Shown: positions 35,329 to 48,012 of the stretch, piece by piece
How positions within the stretch are numbered: the stretch's first letter is position 1
Layout: each line of letters begins with the position of its first letter
NCBI GenBank assembly: GCA_010356995.1
Contig: ML996700.1
Span: 248,001 to 312,000, forward strand
Length of the DNA: 64,000 nucleotides
Reading direction: 5' to 3'
Source of the DNA: Trichodelitschia bisporula
Lineage: Eukaryota
Made by a program: the position numbers and the translations under genes
The notes under the pieces: generated by a model
What the model was told of the DNA's origin: nothing
Database searches by the model: none
What the model saw: the letters and a program-made list of their open reading frames with translations, nothing else

Positions 35329-37274
35329 GGTGCGGTGTGTGGCGGGGATGGCACAATCAATAGAGCGGGGAGGAGAGTACCTGTAGAAATTGTGTACGAA
35401 GACCGGCGAAGGTGCGAATCGAGTGTGAAAGAAATAAGTCGCTCTTTGAAGTCGGAGCTTTGGAGAAGCCAGGGTGTGGGGTGGGGGGAAGTGAGAAGCG
35501 ATGGTGATGGTGCAGGTGGTGGGAAGGAGAAAGTCAATGAGGTTCGCAGGTGATGGATGGGGAGTTGGAGAACTTTGGGGAGTGCCCGTTGACTTTGCTT
35601 CTGGGTGCCTGAGGCCACAACACTTCACTACTGCTTCTGCCGATTCACGTCTTGGCGCGAAGTTCAGGAGGAGAGAGACGCTGAGACCACGAGCAGATGC
35701 GCGAGTAAATCGAAGGCTAGGAGTAAGGGAGGGGGGGTGAAGGAGTTCGTGATGGCACAGAGATAGAGAGAAAGAAAGAGAGAGAGAGAGAGTGAGATGG
35801 AGGGAGAAAGGGAGACTGTGAGAGCTTAGGGGAGTGTGGGAGAAGAAAACAGAGGGAAGACGGTGACAGGCGACAAAGTGACAACACACGGCCAGCACTC
35901 GAGAATAGTACTCCTGAATCGTAAAGCAACAAGCACCTGAACAGGTCCGATGATGATGATGTCTACGGATGTATCCGTATGGACCACCACCTCTCTCTCT
36001 CTTTCCACCTGCAGTCAGTCTTCGGAGTATGATAGAAGTACGCTCGTATATTATACACCTCGAGTCCTGCTTTCCCGTTCCATGCTGTGTCGTGGTGGTC
36101 GTGGTCCTTCGTTGTCCATCGACTGCTCGCTGCTTCTCCCACCTGCGGCTTGCGCCTCTCTTCAGAATTCTAGAATTGGAAGTCGACGTGTTCCGCCAGC
36201 TCGTGCTTGTCACGAGGTTTTCGTGTTGTTCCTCAACCTACGGTCCTCGTCGCTTTTTCCCTACCCTTTGGCCTTTCACTCTCTCTGTCTCTTCTTGTTA
36301 TGTTTGTTTGTTTGTTTTGTTTATCTTGGTAGAATTGACCACTATGTCTCGGAAATGTCACTTAACCGGACGAAGCCGTCACCTCAGCCCATCTACAGTA
36401 CCCGTACTGCCCTTTTCCGAACTTAGGTGCGTACGAACTACTATAATGACCTCTCCCCCAGAGTACAGACTCTCCAACCTTCCTATAGTCTCTCCCAGTA
36501 GCCAGCTTCTTTCTCTTCAGCCTTTTGCTATCCCTCCAAAATTGCTTTGCTTCTTTGCTCTGCATGCACACCGCATTCCCCAAATAATCCCATAACGGAG
36601 TACATCCGTAGTCCGACTCCCCATGGCACTCTTTACCGTCTGCGCTAGCTACATAATCTGCGGCATCGCACCCAACTTTCACCCTGTGCGCTGTACTAAT
36701 ATCTATCATTTATGAGCATAGGTTAGCTGTGATGAAGTAACGCTTTTGCGGCGGCTTTTGGTTTGACTGGCTTCCCGCAATATTAACCGCTACTTATAAT
36801 ACAACACTGAACCTTCGAAAAAGATGTCCGATTACTTTGTCTAAAGCCAGGTCGGCCACTTCCACAAATTTGCGCATACCAATTCAATCATCTGAGCGCG
36901 ACTTACGTTTGTCACAGCCTACCGACGTTTGCGTGCGGTTGAACTTTGCTGCGATATTAGAAAGAGTTCTGCGGGCTTGGCTTGCAGATCACTCCACGCC
37001 AGTGACGAACAGACGGAAGCATCTGTGCTTTAAATGAAAATCCCCCGCGCGGCAATCCATTTAGCCTTGAATATCAAACCTGCTGCTAAAATTCAACTGC
37101 ATGCCAGCACCTTGATACACATTCTCCCCTCCCCTGCTTCCCCAATCTACTGTAGCTCGTACATTCAAGTGTGCAGCTCCAACTTCACGACCCCGTGATC
37201 TCGCGCCCTAAGCGTGTCTGTAAACGCGTCAACCTCCACCATTTTCCATTGGTTCCACTGCATGCAAAGACAAG

Positions 37275-38388
37275 ATGCAGAGCACCAACAGAGCACGGAA
37301 AAGCCTCCTCATTGGCCTTGATGCCTTCGGCACTCTCTTCTCACCTCGTCGTCCCATTGCCGTTCAGTATGGAGAAATCGCGAGGCGCCATGGCCTCGGT
37401 GGGTTCAGCGATGACGAGCTGAGTACGTCGTTCAAGCGAGGTATCATGCCAATCCATTCTGAAGGCCAGGGCTATCAAGGGGCCCGAAGTTGACCTTACG
37501 CAGCTTTCAAGGAAGAAGCCAAAGAGCATCCAAACTATGGCAAAAGCGTCCGTGGTCATGCTCCATGGGCCGCGCATGCCAGTTGCTAATCATTGGCGAT
37601 GCAGGTTGGTATGAACGCACCAACATGGTGGGGAAATGTAAGCAAGTCTCATTATCATATTTGATCCTTTCCGACTTCATTGCTACTTATGCTCTTGATC
37701 GTAGGTCATTACCAAGACCTTCCAGCCATTCCTCCAGTCCGGCAACCTCCTCCCCAAGCAGATCATCCCGGACCTTATTGAGCGCTTTTCCTCAGCTGAA
37801 GGCTACTTCATATATCCTGATGTGCTTCCATTCTTCCACGCTCTTCGGAGTCTCAAGAACAACCACGACATGTCCAAGACCTGGGACTGGGAGAAGACCG
37901 TCGTAGGGATAATCACAAACTCAGATGACCGCGTTCCGGATATCCTCGCCGGTTTCGGTCTCAGCGTAGGTCCGCGCAGAGTGGGAAATAAAGAGGACCG
38001 CAGAGCCGAAGAGCATGTCGACGCTGACGTCAGTTTCGTCGTCTTGAGCTATGACGTAGGGTACGAGAAGCCGCATTGTCAGGTGTTTAGGGCTGCTGAA
38101 GAATTGCTGCACGAGGGCCTTGGGGCATCGAAGGAGGATCATGAGGACTTCGTCAAGGTGTATATCGGAGACGACCTGGAGAAGGATGCACTCGCAGCCA
38201 CTGCGGCCGGATGGCAGGGTCTTTATTTGGACCGCGAAGGCAAGTTCAAGAATCGGTGGAAGGAAGAAACAGAGATTTTGAAGGGAGTAACCTTGGAGGA
38301 CAGCGATTTCGAAGAGCCCAAGGGAGAAACGGGGCCTGTGGACGTGATCAAGGATCTCCGGGCAGTCATGTCATTGAGACCAACCTGA
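37275..38388 (+). CDS. HAD-like hydrolase (HDHD3-like)
   Basis: Motif I LDAFGTL, motif II ITNSD, SYDVGYEKP (motif III Lys), motif IV YIGDDLEKD; 3 introns between ~37441 and ~37704. Confidence 0.85.
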
Positions 38389-38471
38389 GTGGGAGGGGGG
38401 ATTCCTCGCCGGATGGCCTCCAGATCCAAGTTCCCTATCCAAAAGCAGCTGAATTCTGACTCCTGGCAAAA

Positions 38472-39639
38472 CTATACTTGTTTTCGAAGTTGCAAGATGT
38501 CGGATAACTTGACATTGCCTTTGCTGCCCCAGCCGGCAACGCCACTGTCCACTTCCGGCCGCACTTTGACGTACCAATTCCAAGCCATGAGGTCAAGTTC
38601 AGGCTTGTCAACTGACGGAGCCCACGATTGGAAGAGAAGATCCAGTGCGCCGAGAAGAAGGCCAAGGTTATGCTCCTTCACGGCCAATTGTGTTTTGAAT
38701 GTCACCCTCTTCTTTGTAGTCGGACTTGCATTTGGAGGAGCATCAAAAGACTTTAGAAGATATGCCCGTGCAGATTGCGGAGTGTATATTGGCATGTTGC
38801 GGTCAAACCCAGGGTCCGCTTTGAGAGTTTCTGATGTAGATGACTTCTTCAATGCCTCGAGATCCAAGGCCCAGAGTGCTGGCAGATTCGAAAGAGGGGC
38901 GATATCCTTGGTTGAGGCAGCTGCCGAAACATCTTCAGATTGCTCAGGAACATGTTCTCTAGGATCGTATCCCCAGCGGCGCATAGTACGAATCTCTCTT
39001 CCCATGATTTTGATAGTAGGTCGACCAGCGCCCCAACCTTCTTCGTCGGCGCTTTTGCCGCTTTCGAGTCCAAGGCTGACAGCCTTGCTTCTGCTATTTA
39101 GGCTGACAACCGCTTGGGCGAGACTGAGTCTGCTCGAGAGTGGCTGCTCAGGCATGGTGTGCTTGAGCAGCGCCACGGTGAAAGCTAGAACGAGCGGTGC
39201 TCTGTTGGTGAAGACCGTGGTCTGCATGATTTCCACTTCGTCGGTGATAGGATTCGGGAGAGCTAACGACTCTTCTAGGGCTGCGGGAGATGTAACATTC
39301 TCAGGCTTGATGGTATTCCTCTTAGAACTACGACATTTTGCGGACCCGGGAGCTGATCCTCGTTTTGTGATTCGTTTGGCGGCATTAAGTACTTGCTTAG
39401 CGATGGGTTCTTCGCCAAATATCAACTTCAGTTGCTCGATGTCGGAGGCAGCGATTTGAGCTGGACTGAATCAAAGTAAATGGTCAGCCAATGTGACAAT
39501 GAGATGGAACAGTGATGAAATACGTGTTTAGCTCTGCCTTCTTGAGATCCTTTACTCTGGACATGGCAGTGGCGAGGGGCATCTTCGCATCCTGCGAAAG
39601 AAATCGCAGGAGAGCCTGTATCTCAGCCGGACTTGACAT
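38472..39639 (-). CDS. Hypothetical protein
   Basis: MSSPAEIQALLRFLSQDAKMPL.. joined by intron 39466-39523 to the 317-aa ORF (TNRAPLVLAF, WYVKVRPEV..GWGSKG). Confidence 0.75.
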
Positions 39640-40380
39640 TTATCCCAACTCTGGTGTCTTTTGTTTGATTTCCTTCGAAGAACGTTATGATGCGTCACAG
39701 TGAGGGAGTAGGCATCAGCAACGTTCAAAGGCGTTCAGTGGCCATATTTGTCACGTGGACACGGAGCATCATCGTTGATGAAAAGCTTCAGGTCCAACCC
39801 ATAGTACCTAACATGTGGGAATTTCATATACTATTGAATTTAAAGCCTCTCATAGCCTGGCGTTTCCACGCCATCTCCTTGGACTGTCAGATCCTCCAGC
39901 ATGACTCTGGCGCCCTCAGATATACAGTTAAACATCCACCTTGAAAACGCGTACTGGAAGCCTATCTATGAGATGGGACAGGGTACCGACAACGGTAACG
40001 AATATATACATCGCTCTCAAGCAGGTATAAGTAAAGACAATTGTTTTATTCGCTCCAAAGTGATTAGAGATGCACGTTGGCAAGCATCGGTTGGACGCGT
40101 ATTCAAGATCGTTTGATAGTATTGTGTGCGGCAGAGTATAACTGCAATCCGAAACGGCTTCAAGAAGGGACGTGAATTTCCCAGATAAGTCAGCTCGCGG
40201 TACCATTCACAAATCCCGCAAAGCGTTATCACGCAAAACGAAGTGGTTGATGCCCCATCCAGTTCCCCAGTTCATCCTCTAGATATATGCACCGGCAACC
40301 GTGGAGCTATGGATTTCCGTCGCAAAGGCTAAAGTACAACAACACTCAAAGAAACGTTGCCCAGCTAAATGTGTCGCACC

Positions 40381-41077
40381 TTAATACCCGACGCTGGTGA
40401 GGTAGTCACCAAGGTTCTCGACGGTGAAGACACAAGCATTGGTGGTGACTGTGTCGGGGTGGTGGGCGAGAAGAAGCGCTTGCTGAGTCCTAACGACGAC
40501 CAGGCCTTCTTTGCCCTGAAATTATAGGTTCTCGCATTAGCGCTACGTCTTACGAAGCCGTGGCACAGGGCTGCACTCATACCTTTTTGGCCCACAGGCT
40601 CTTGTCCGTCACATTGATCACCGTGTACTTGTTATTGTTGACTCTAAAGCCCTGAGAGTGTACCGCAGAGCTATCTCTGAATGCATCCAAGATGATCTTC
40701 ATCTCTTCCGGTTGGATCTGCGTCATGTCAACAGCCTGGCCATTGTCCGAACTCCGCCTTGATTGCGCCATGGGTAGGCTGAAGCCATCACCATGTGGCA
40801 ACTCCTCGCAGTCCGTTGTCTCATACGAACCTTGAAGTTCTTAGAGGCTGCCCAGAGACTCTCGCCGTCGATGCTGAAGATGGCCGCCTCGTCGACATTG
40901 TTGGTGCCAATAAGGCTGTAAGGGACAGGAAGGTCAGAAAGGATGTCGCGTTGCGCAATGCTTGGGGGGGAACATATCCGCTCACCCTTGGTCGATGTAC
41001 GCTGGGACCTTGTTAGCATACTAGAACTGGACGCCTGGCAAAATGTAGGCGGGGAAGCTCTTACCCTGCCAGGACAT
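40381..41077 (-). CDS. PFY1: Profilin
   Basis: Spliced MSWQ|AYIDQ|GLIGTNNVDEAAIFSIDGESLWAAS..|..|GKEGLVVVRTQQALL..VENLGDYLTSVGY*; first two coding exons are 13 and 16 nt. Confidence 0.92.
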
Positions 41078-43050
41078 GACTGCGATCGGAGGATCTGATG
41101 GAGGAGAACTGGTTGAAGGTTCACAGGAGCGTTTAAGAGACAAGTGCTGGGATTGCCAAGGAGAGAGGTTTGTTCAGAGGATGAGGAGGGAGGCGTAAGG
41201 GACTTCGGTAGGGCGTGGTAAATCAATGGGGTGGGGGGGGGGCGAAGAGTGGGATTGGGGGGGGGGGGGGGGGGTTTGTAAGTGTCAACGGGGCGGGGTG
41301 TTTTGGGCTCAGCTTTGCTTTGCTGCGGGGCCTAGCGGGTCCAACACGCCCCCCCTCCTCATCCATCATCTATAAATTACTGTACTGGCTCTGCTCTGGA
41401 CACCTTGGGCCATCAGATTATGGATTCGTGGAGTGTCAGAGGCATAGAAAGGACACCTGATGCCGCTCGCTTTCATCTCCTTCCACCTGTGGGCATGCAG
41501 CACCTCCCACCGTTTTACCTGCTCCTTGCGCGCGATACCTCGACTATTAAGGTTATGTCCGCATGACGCCCGGGTTCGACATTTGGCGTCGACGGCCACT
41601 GCAGCACGCCAGAAACAATCATCAATATCCTTACGGGCCTGATGAGTCTGGTCCTGCAACCTGCCGTTGGTCGGACATTCGAATCTTTGTTGTCGTCGCT
41701 GACGCTCGTCGCCTCTGTCCTCATCCTTTGCACATGTGTGGTACCGTATGTACCTTTACCTCGTAGGCTACAACTCGCTTTGCCGATGTCTGCTTGCCAA
41801 CCTATCTTGGCTCTCCGGTCCCTCACAGCCCACAGGCCCTGCAGGCGCAAAGAACAATTAAAGTTGACACTTGACAGTCGTGTGGAAGACGCGTGCAGAC
41901 TGTCAGCAAGCCACATACGCCATTGCGACGCACTACCGAGCCAGAGATACTTCTTGCCCAGCCGTGAATCCTGAACTTGAGAACAGTCTTACTCCAGTTC
42001 GCACGATGCCCTCAATCACCAGAAGTTGTCGTAGAACTGTCGGGCAGGTCATCTGTCATACTCTGAGACTGAATATTATATTACACCAAAGGACGACAAA
42101 TACCCGTACTCTCTAGGGCCCATCCTCACATCAACCCCACGGCAACACGCAGTGATAAGCACTTGCTCGCGTGTAACGCCCATTTTAGGCGACAGATGAG
42201 ATTGCCTTACTAGACGCTTCTGTTCCGAATACCTATCCTTGGAAAGGTCGTCTTGGTAGTTGTGGGTTGCGTGCTGCTCGCATACCGCGGCAGCGACAGT
42301 CCGAGGATAATGGCGCGATGTTGTACGCGGGTATGCACGGAAACGGTTACGTACATGGAGCCAATATGCGTGCTTCTTAAGGGTTTGTTGCTTCAAGCCT
42401 CAAAGTATGTCTTCTCTGCATGTGCGTAGTACTTGTACGCACTACGGTGTACGCCTAGTTACAATGAGAAGGGGCTCGACTTCTCTCAATCGAGACCTTC
42501 AAAGTCTTATTAACGTTCCCACTGATGGAGATAGACCCGTGGAGTCTGGAGTCTGGGATCTCGAAATGCCTCTCCTTGGACCCCGCATGCATGCGTCTCG
42601 TGTTCGACTAATCGGCATGGATGATGCAGGCAAGTCTTGTTACTCCGGACTAGATCGGCTCCTGCAGCTTGTTGAATCACTTCCTAACGAGTACCGTACC
42701 CGTACCGGAACGATCTACGGAGGATAAAGGCCGATATACTGTTTACTGTATAGTTTTTGGGAAACTCGCCCTTCCAGCCCCATCAGCCGCTGACCATGGG
42801 ATCGGGCGGCCGGGAGTCGGGACAAGAGCGGGACGGGACGATCTCGGGTGCCTCGGTGGTGGGGGGCAGTTCGGAATAATATTTCCCCGTACCGATGTCC
42901 AACTGCCCGCTAGCTTGTGACGACATCATAGCGCTTTCTAAGCTCCAGGAATTACGCTTCACATTGCCGAACGCAATTACTGCTTGGCCGCGTACCAAAG
43001 CCATTTACCCTCTGTTAACAACTCCTACCCACTGTTCTTTCATTACTAAA

Positions 43051-43770
43051 ATGACGGCATATGTCTGCTCCCGCTGTTTGCGCGCCTCAAAATCGTCTTT
43101 GCGCCCTCCATTCCGGATCTCACCATCAACCCGCCGCCTTCACACTGTCGGAGCCACCCCGCGCGCAAGCACGCCCCTCACGCAACCTCGCACAGCGCAC
43201 GCGCTCTCGTGCCCGCAACAGATCATTGCATCGATGCCCTTCATCCGCTCTGTTTCGACTACCACTACAAGTACTCCTCTACCCTCCGATGCCGCCACTC
43301 CGAGTATTTCTAACTCTGCCGCCGCCTCCGCCACCCCATCGACGCACGTACTCCTCAATTCACGCTATGACGAGACGGGCGCCGAGATGTCCGTCGCCAT
43401 TACACCACGTGCGGCCCGCCGCCTCGAAACCATCATGGCAAAGGATAAGAACCCCGCGCTGTGTCTGCGCGTTAGCGTTGAAAGCGGCGGGTGCCATGGG
43501 TTTCAGTACCTCATGAGCCTGGTAGATGCGTCGAGCGTGGACCTCGGAGATGACACTGTATTTGTGCTCGGAGAAGTGGATACTGCAGCGGGATTGGAGG
43601 ATGCTCAAGGCCGGGCGAAGGTCGTGATGGACGAGGCCAGCTTGGAGCTGCTCAAAGGGAGCAAGGTCGACTACACGATGGAATTGATAGGAAGTCAGTT
43701 CAAGATTGTGGATAATCCTAAGGCCACGAGCAGCTGTGGATGCGGAACAAGCTTTGATGTCAGCCTATGA
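43051..43770 (+). CDS. ISA2: Mitochondrial Fe-S cluster assembly protein, HesB/IscA family
   Basis: Presequence; LRVSVESGGCHGFQY, VDYTMELIGSQF, SSCGCGTSF. Confidence 0.9.
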   Translation: MTAYVCSRCLRASKSSLRPPFRISPSTRRLHTVGATPRASTPLTQPRTAHALSCPQQIIASMPFIRSVSTTTTSTPLPSDAATPSISNSAAASATPSTHVLLNSRYDETGAEMSVAITPRAARRLETIMAKDKNPALCLRVSVESGGCHGFQYLMSLVDASSVDLGDDTVFVLGEVDTAAGLEDAQGRAKVVMDEASLELLKGSKVDYTMELIGSQFKIVDNPKATSSCGCGTSFDVSL

Positions 43771-44087
43771 ATGCTGCCTATACACTTGATTAAATAAGGC
43801 ACGCAAGCCATTCTTCGTTCAATGATTTGAGGTATCAAGCATGCTGTCGACGCGATAGATCATACACCCTTGGTAACCCCCGTGCCCGACGCAGCGCACC
43901 CCGTTTGTAACCCGAACTGAACATTACACACACGCAGAAAATGATGATCAGAGACAACCCCACTCCGGGAATAGAATTCGTAGTCCTCCAGGATGAAGAA
44001 GCGCCAGCATGTTCGCAAGAGCTGACTGCCTACAGGAAATCGGCCTTAGGAGCATTGATGGCGCTATCGATGCAAACCCCCAGCAGC

Positions 44088-47000
44088 TTAGTGCTGCCCA
44101 CGGCCGCCAGATCTCGCCAGGTTCCAGTGGCTGCCGATAGGGAGTGGATTGCTAGGCGCCATCATGGGACTCCCAACTTCACCCGCAAGACCACCCAGTC
44201 GACCCTGTTGCGCATAATCTACATCTGGAATCCACTTGACCATAATCTGCGACGGCGTCGCTCCCGTCTCAACAAGGAACGTGCCACCACCATTGAGATG
44301 CATTCCCTCAGTATCGCAGAGGTCAGTGACTTCGTCAAGCTCCGCCGGCGGTTGCACACTGTTTTTTACCATCTGCAGAATGGTAGATATGTCGTGAAAA
44401 CCGTTGAAACTCGCATCGTGCTGGGACAGCGTTTTGCAAGCCTGGCAGATGTTTATCCGGAGTTGTTGTGCACGCGGCCGCTGCGAGCCACTGTTCGCAA
44501 TACTGCCAAGGCCGGGGAGGGTTCCAAATCCACCTGAGGTGGAGGACCACATATTCGTTGGGGAGTGACCCCAGGTACTTCCACCACCCAGCGAAGTTTG
44601 TCCTAAAGACAAGGAGGGCGTACCCCAAGTACTGCTCTGGTTGCTCCCCGAACCAAGGCCGAATGGCTGAGCCAGAGACATGGGCTGTGGACTGTGATAG
44701 ATCGGAGTACCTCCAAAAGCAGACCCGATGGAAGAGCCTCCTCGTCCAAGTCCGAGTGGTCCGCTCGGCCGGCGGCCATCGCCTCCACGCAGGTTAAATG
44801 GCTCATCATCACCAAGGAGTGCACTACTACCTAAATGTCTTCCGATGTCGTCGGTGTCCAACGTCGAATCCAGCATGTCGAAAGGCTTAACACTAGATGG
44901 ACGCTGGATCGGCGCTGGCCGCTGAATTGGTTGCGCTGATCCTAGCACACCCGGAGGGTCAAAAGTGGAAGACCCCGACTGCTGTCTCGAATGCTGCAGC
45001 AAAGCTGACGTGAGTGGGGCAATATCCCGCGCATTTCCAGCGTACAGCGGCGCGCCGGACATGGGCGGGAGCAATCCAGGTGGAGGTTCTGGATATGCAC
45101 GGCTGGACTGAGGGAGCGTGCCGAGGCCACTAATGCCTGGTGGCGGCCCAGGCAAGCTGGTCGACGGATATCCGCGATATTGAGCGCCAATGGACGGCTG
45201 GTGGGCAGAGAATAGAGACCCACTTGGAGGCATAGCCGTCCGCTGTGTCAGCCCAGATGACAGTGAGCCTTGAGCACCGGTGAATCCGCTGGAGACAGTC
45301 GGCATGTTCAAACCCGGCGGGCCCTGTGGGTATGGCATGCCGGGCGGCGGCGCAAGAGGGTGCATCGGAGAGCTCGGTTGAGTGTGCAGAAATGGCATCG
45401 GGGGTTGAGTCGTTGGCTTGATAAAGATGTTCCTGAGGCCAGGGACAGTAGCGTGCTGCGATGCTGAAGAGGTCGAGGCATTTGACGGGGATGCCGTCTT
45501 ATCCACCCCTGCATGCGGTGTCCGAGGAGACGAGCCTTTGGAGCCTTGCTGTGAGCTTTGACGCGGCCGCACAGGAGTAGGTGCCTTTGGCGGAATAGTA
45601 GGGGTGGCAACCTGAAAATGAGGCGAGGCGAAGCTGGATGGCTGCTTGTGCAGTGCGGGAGCAACGGGAATAGCTGCGGCGCTCGGTGTACGCTTCGACT
45701 GCGCAGCCTGTGCTGCTTGTGCATTTTGCGCTGCTTGAGCTTGGGAAGCTTCCACGAGACCGGCTTGGGCTGCTACTTGCGCTGTTTGGGCGTCCTTGCG
45801 AGCTTGAGCCTCTTTGCTCTCCTTCGCTTCTTTCTCCCTGGCCTCCTTCTCTGTCTTTGCCCGCTCTTCACGCTCCCTTCTCTCACGCTCTGCCTGGGCC
45901 TTACGCTCCTTAGCATCACGTTCCTTGGCTTCCCGACTCTCACGCTCCTTGCGTTTCATCTCTTCCTTTGCCCTCTTTTCGGCTGCCTTCTGCTCTCGAG
46001 CTTTTCGCTCCGCTTCAAGGTGTCGGTCACGCTCCTCTTGCTGGCGTCGTGTCCTCTCCAGTTCTTTGCGTTGTCTCTCTTCCTCCGCTACCTTCTTTTC
46101 GGCCTCCTTCTTTTTCTTCTGCTCATCACGCTTTCTCCTCAGCTCTTCCTGTCGCTTCGCCTCCGCAGCCTTGGCCGCGGCCTCCTCCGCGGCCTTTTCG
46201 GCCTCCCGACGCGCCTTTTCTTCAGCTTGCTTTTGCTTTTGCGCGGCTTTCTTCTGCTTTCGTTTTTCGGCCTCCCGAGCTTTCTTGGCTTGGAGTTGTT
46301 CCTTTTCGTTCTCTTCCTTGTCTAGCTCCTCCAGCAACCTCTGTTGTCTTTCGCGAGCAATCTTTTCACGGTATGCTGTTAGAACACGTTGTTCGAACAT
46401 CCGAGCTGCGAATATTTGAAACATGCGACGACCCTCTTCCATCCGCTGTTCCGAGCTCATGGTGTCCTGCGGGGAATTAGACGTAGCCAGTGGACTTGAC
46501 ACAGATGAGATTACCGCGTCGTCATCGTCCTCTTCAAACTCCTCCTGGCTATCGTACTCCTCATCTTCTTCGTCCTCGAACTCATCGTCGTCCGGACCTC
46601 CATGTGTATGTCCCCTGTAGCCACCGTCTTGGTAAGGCGGATGAGAGTTAGCATCATACTGGGCCTGTTCTTCTCGTTGCATCCGTCGTTCAGCTAATTG
46701 CTCCATCATTTCGATGAACTTCTTCCCGTCGTTTTGGAGAAGATCGTCTGCAACTGTGAGAATGCCACCTGCTCACGAGTGAGAACCTGCTTGCCAGTCG
46801 CTTTCTCATTGCACTAGGGTTACCTTTTACAGTCAAGCTGTTCCCAAAAGTAAAAAACTCGGTCGCAGACTGGTGAATCAGCTCTGGTTCTTCATCGCTG
46901 TCTTCTTCATCGTAATCTTCTTCCTCGTCGTATTCGGCGTTGCCCTCATCATCCTCGTAGTCCTCGTCGTCCTCCTCGTCGTCCTCTTCGTCCTCGTCAT

Positions 47001-48012
47001 CCGCAATCTCTTCGATTTGACCGTGAGACGGCTCGTGGGGGTTTATGAGGGGCGACATGCGATCGGGCGGCAATCTATTTTGAGGTTGGCCAATGCTATT
47101 AGAGGGTGAGAGAATGGGGACACCATTCTCCAGTCCATCCGGGTGGTTGGCATACTGCTCTAATTCTTCGTAGTACGCATCGTACAGCACCTCGAGCTCC
47201 TCCTCGATGGCCGTACGCTTGCGCCCGCAAACGGTGCAGCTACACGAGTGCTTCTGCTGCTCCTTCATCTTTCGCAGCACAGCCTCCTTCTCGATCTTAA
47301 CCAGCGACTTGCGTTCGTCTTCACCAAGAGAGAGCCAGAACTCTTTGATGTTTTCCCGCTCCTCTTGCGTCGAAGTGTTCCATATGCGATCACCCTTGTT
47401 TGCGCGCTGGGAGTTTCTGGAGGTGGAATTGGTGGGAGGTGGTGGTGGCGGCGGGGGAGGCGGGACGTGGCCCCCGGCGTAGTGATGATGGTGAGGATCA
47501 TACGACGTATGGGCGGAGGCACTGGTCTTCTTCTTCTTCTTCTTAGACTTCTTTCGGGTCACGTCGCCACCAGGCACACCAGAGTGCTCGTGATGGTTAT
47601 GTCCGTTCGTCCCACTGTGCTCGTAGCCGTCGTCGTAAGCGTGTCCTTCTTCATCGGAGAATGAAACGCCTTCCTCATCGTACACGTCGTGTTGAGAGTA
47701 CTCCTGGTCCTCATAGTCCAGAACGTCTTGGGCATTCTGTGGGTACAACGACTGGTGAGTATGCCTCATCTGAGAGTGATGCGCCGCGGGGAGCGTAGGA
47801 TCACCAACGATCGATTGCGGCACTTCATGCTCGTGGTCGGCCGCTCGCTCTGCAGCTAGTTTGGCTGCCTGCTTTTGCCGACGCTTCTGCTTCTTGCGAT
47901 TCACCGCAGGAGTGCCAGGTGGATTTCCGGCCGTGAGTACACCATTGCTCGTGATCGAGGTGTTTGCTGGCGCAGCGGCGAGTGGGACGGGGTTCTTCGA
48001 GCCGTGGGCCAT
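44088..48012 (-). CDS. NST1: Stress response protein Nst1
   Basis: [83 protein letters not shown], long coiled coil; introns near 46769-46823 and 46468-46514. Start inferred. Confidence 0.9.

Noticed and set aside
35113..36213. 366-aa minus-strand ORF with polyproline
   Set aside because: Low-complexity translation of poly-C and CT tracts in the upstream region; non-ATG start.
36728..36810. TGTGATGA..CTGA spacing resembling a C/D snoRNA
   Set aside because: No terminal stem or rRNA-complementary guide that I could identify; a snoscan or Rfam search would be needed.
38389..39459. 356-aa + strand ORF
   Set aside because: Antisense shadow of the spliced minus-strand gene; non-ATG start and no motif.
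42895..43050. In-frame upstream ATG extending ISA2 by 52 aa
   Set aside because: ATG 43051 has better context (AAAATG) and begins a typical presequence.
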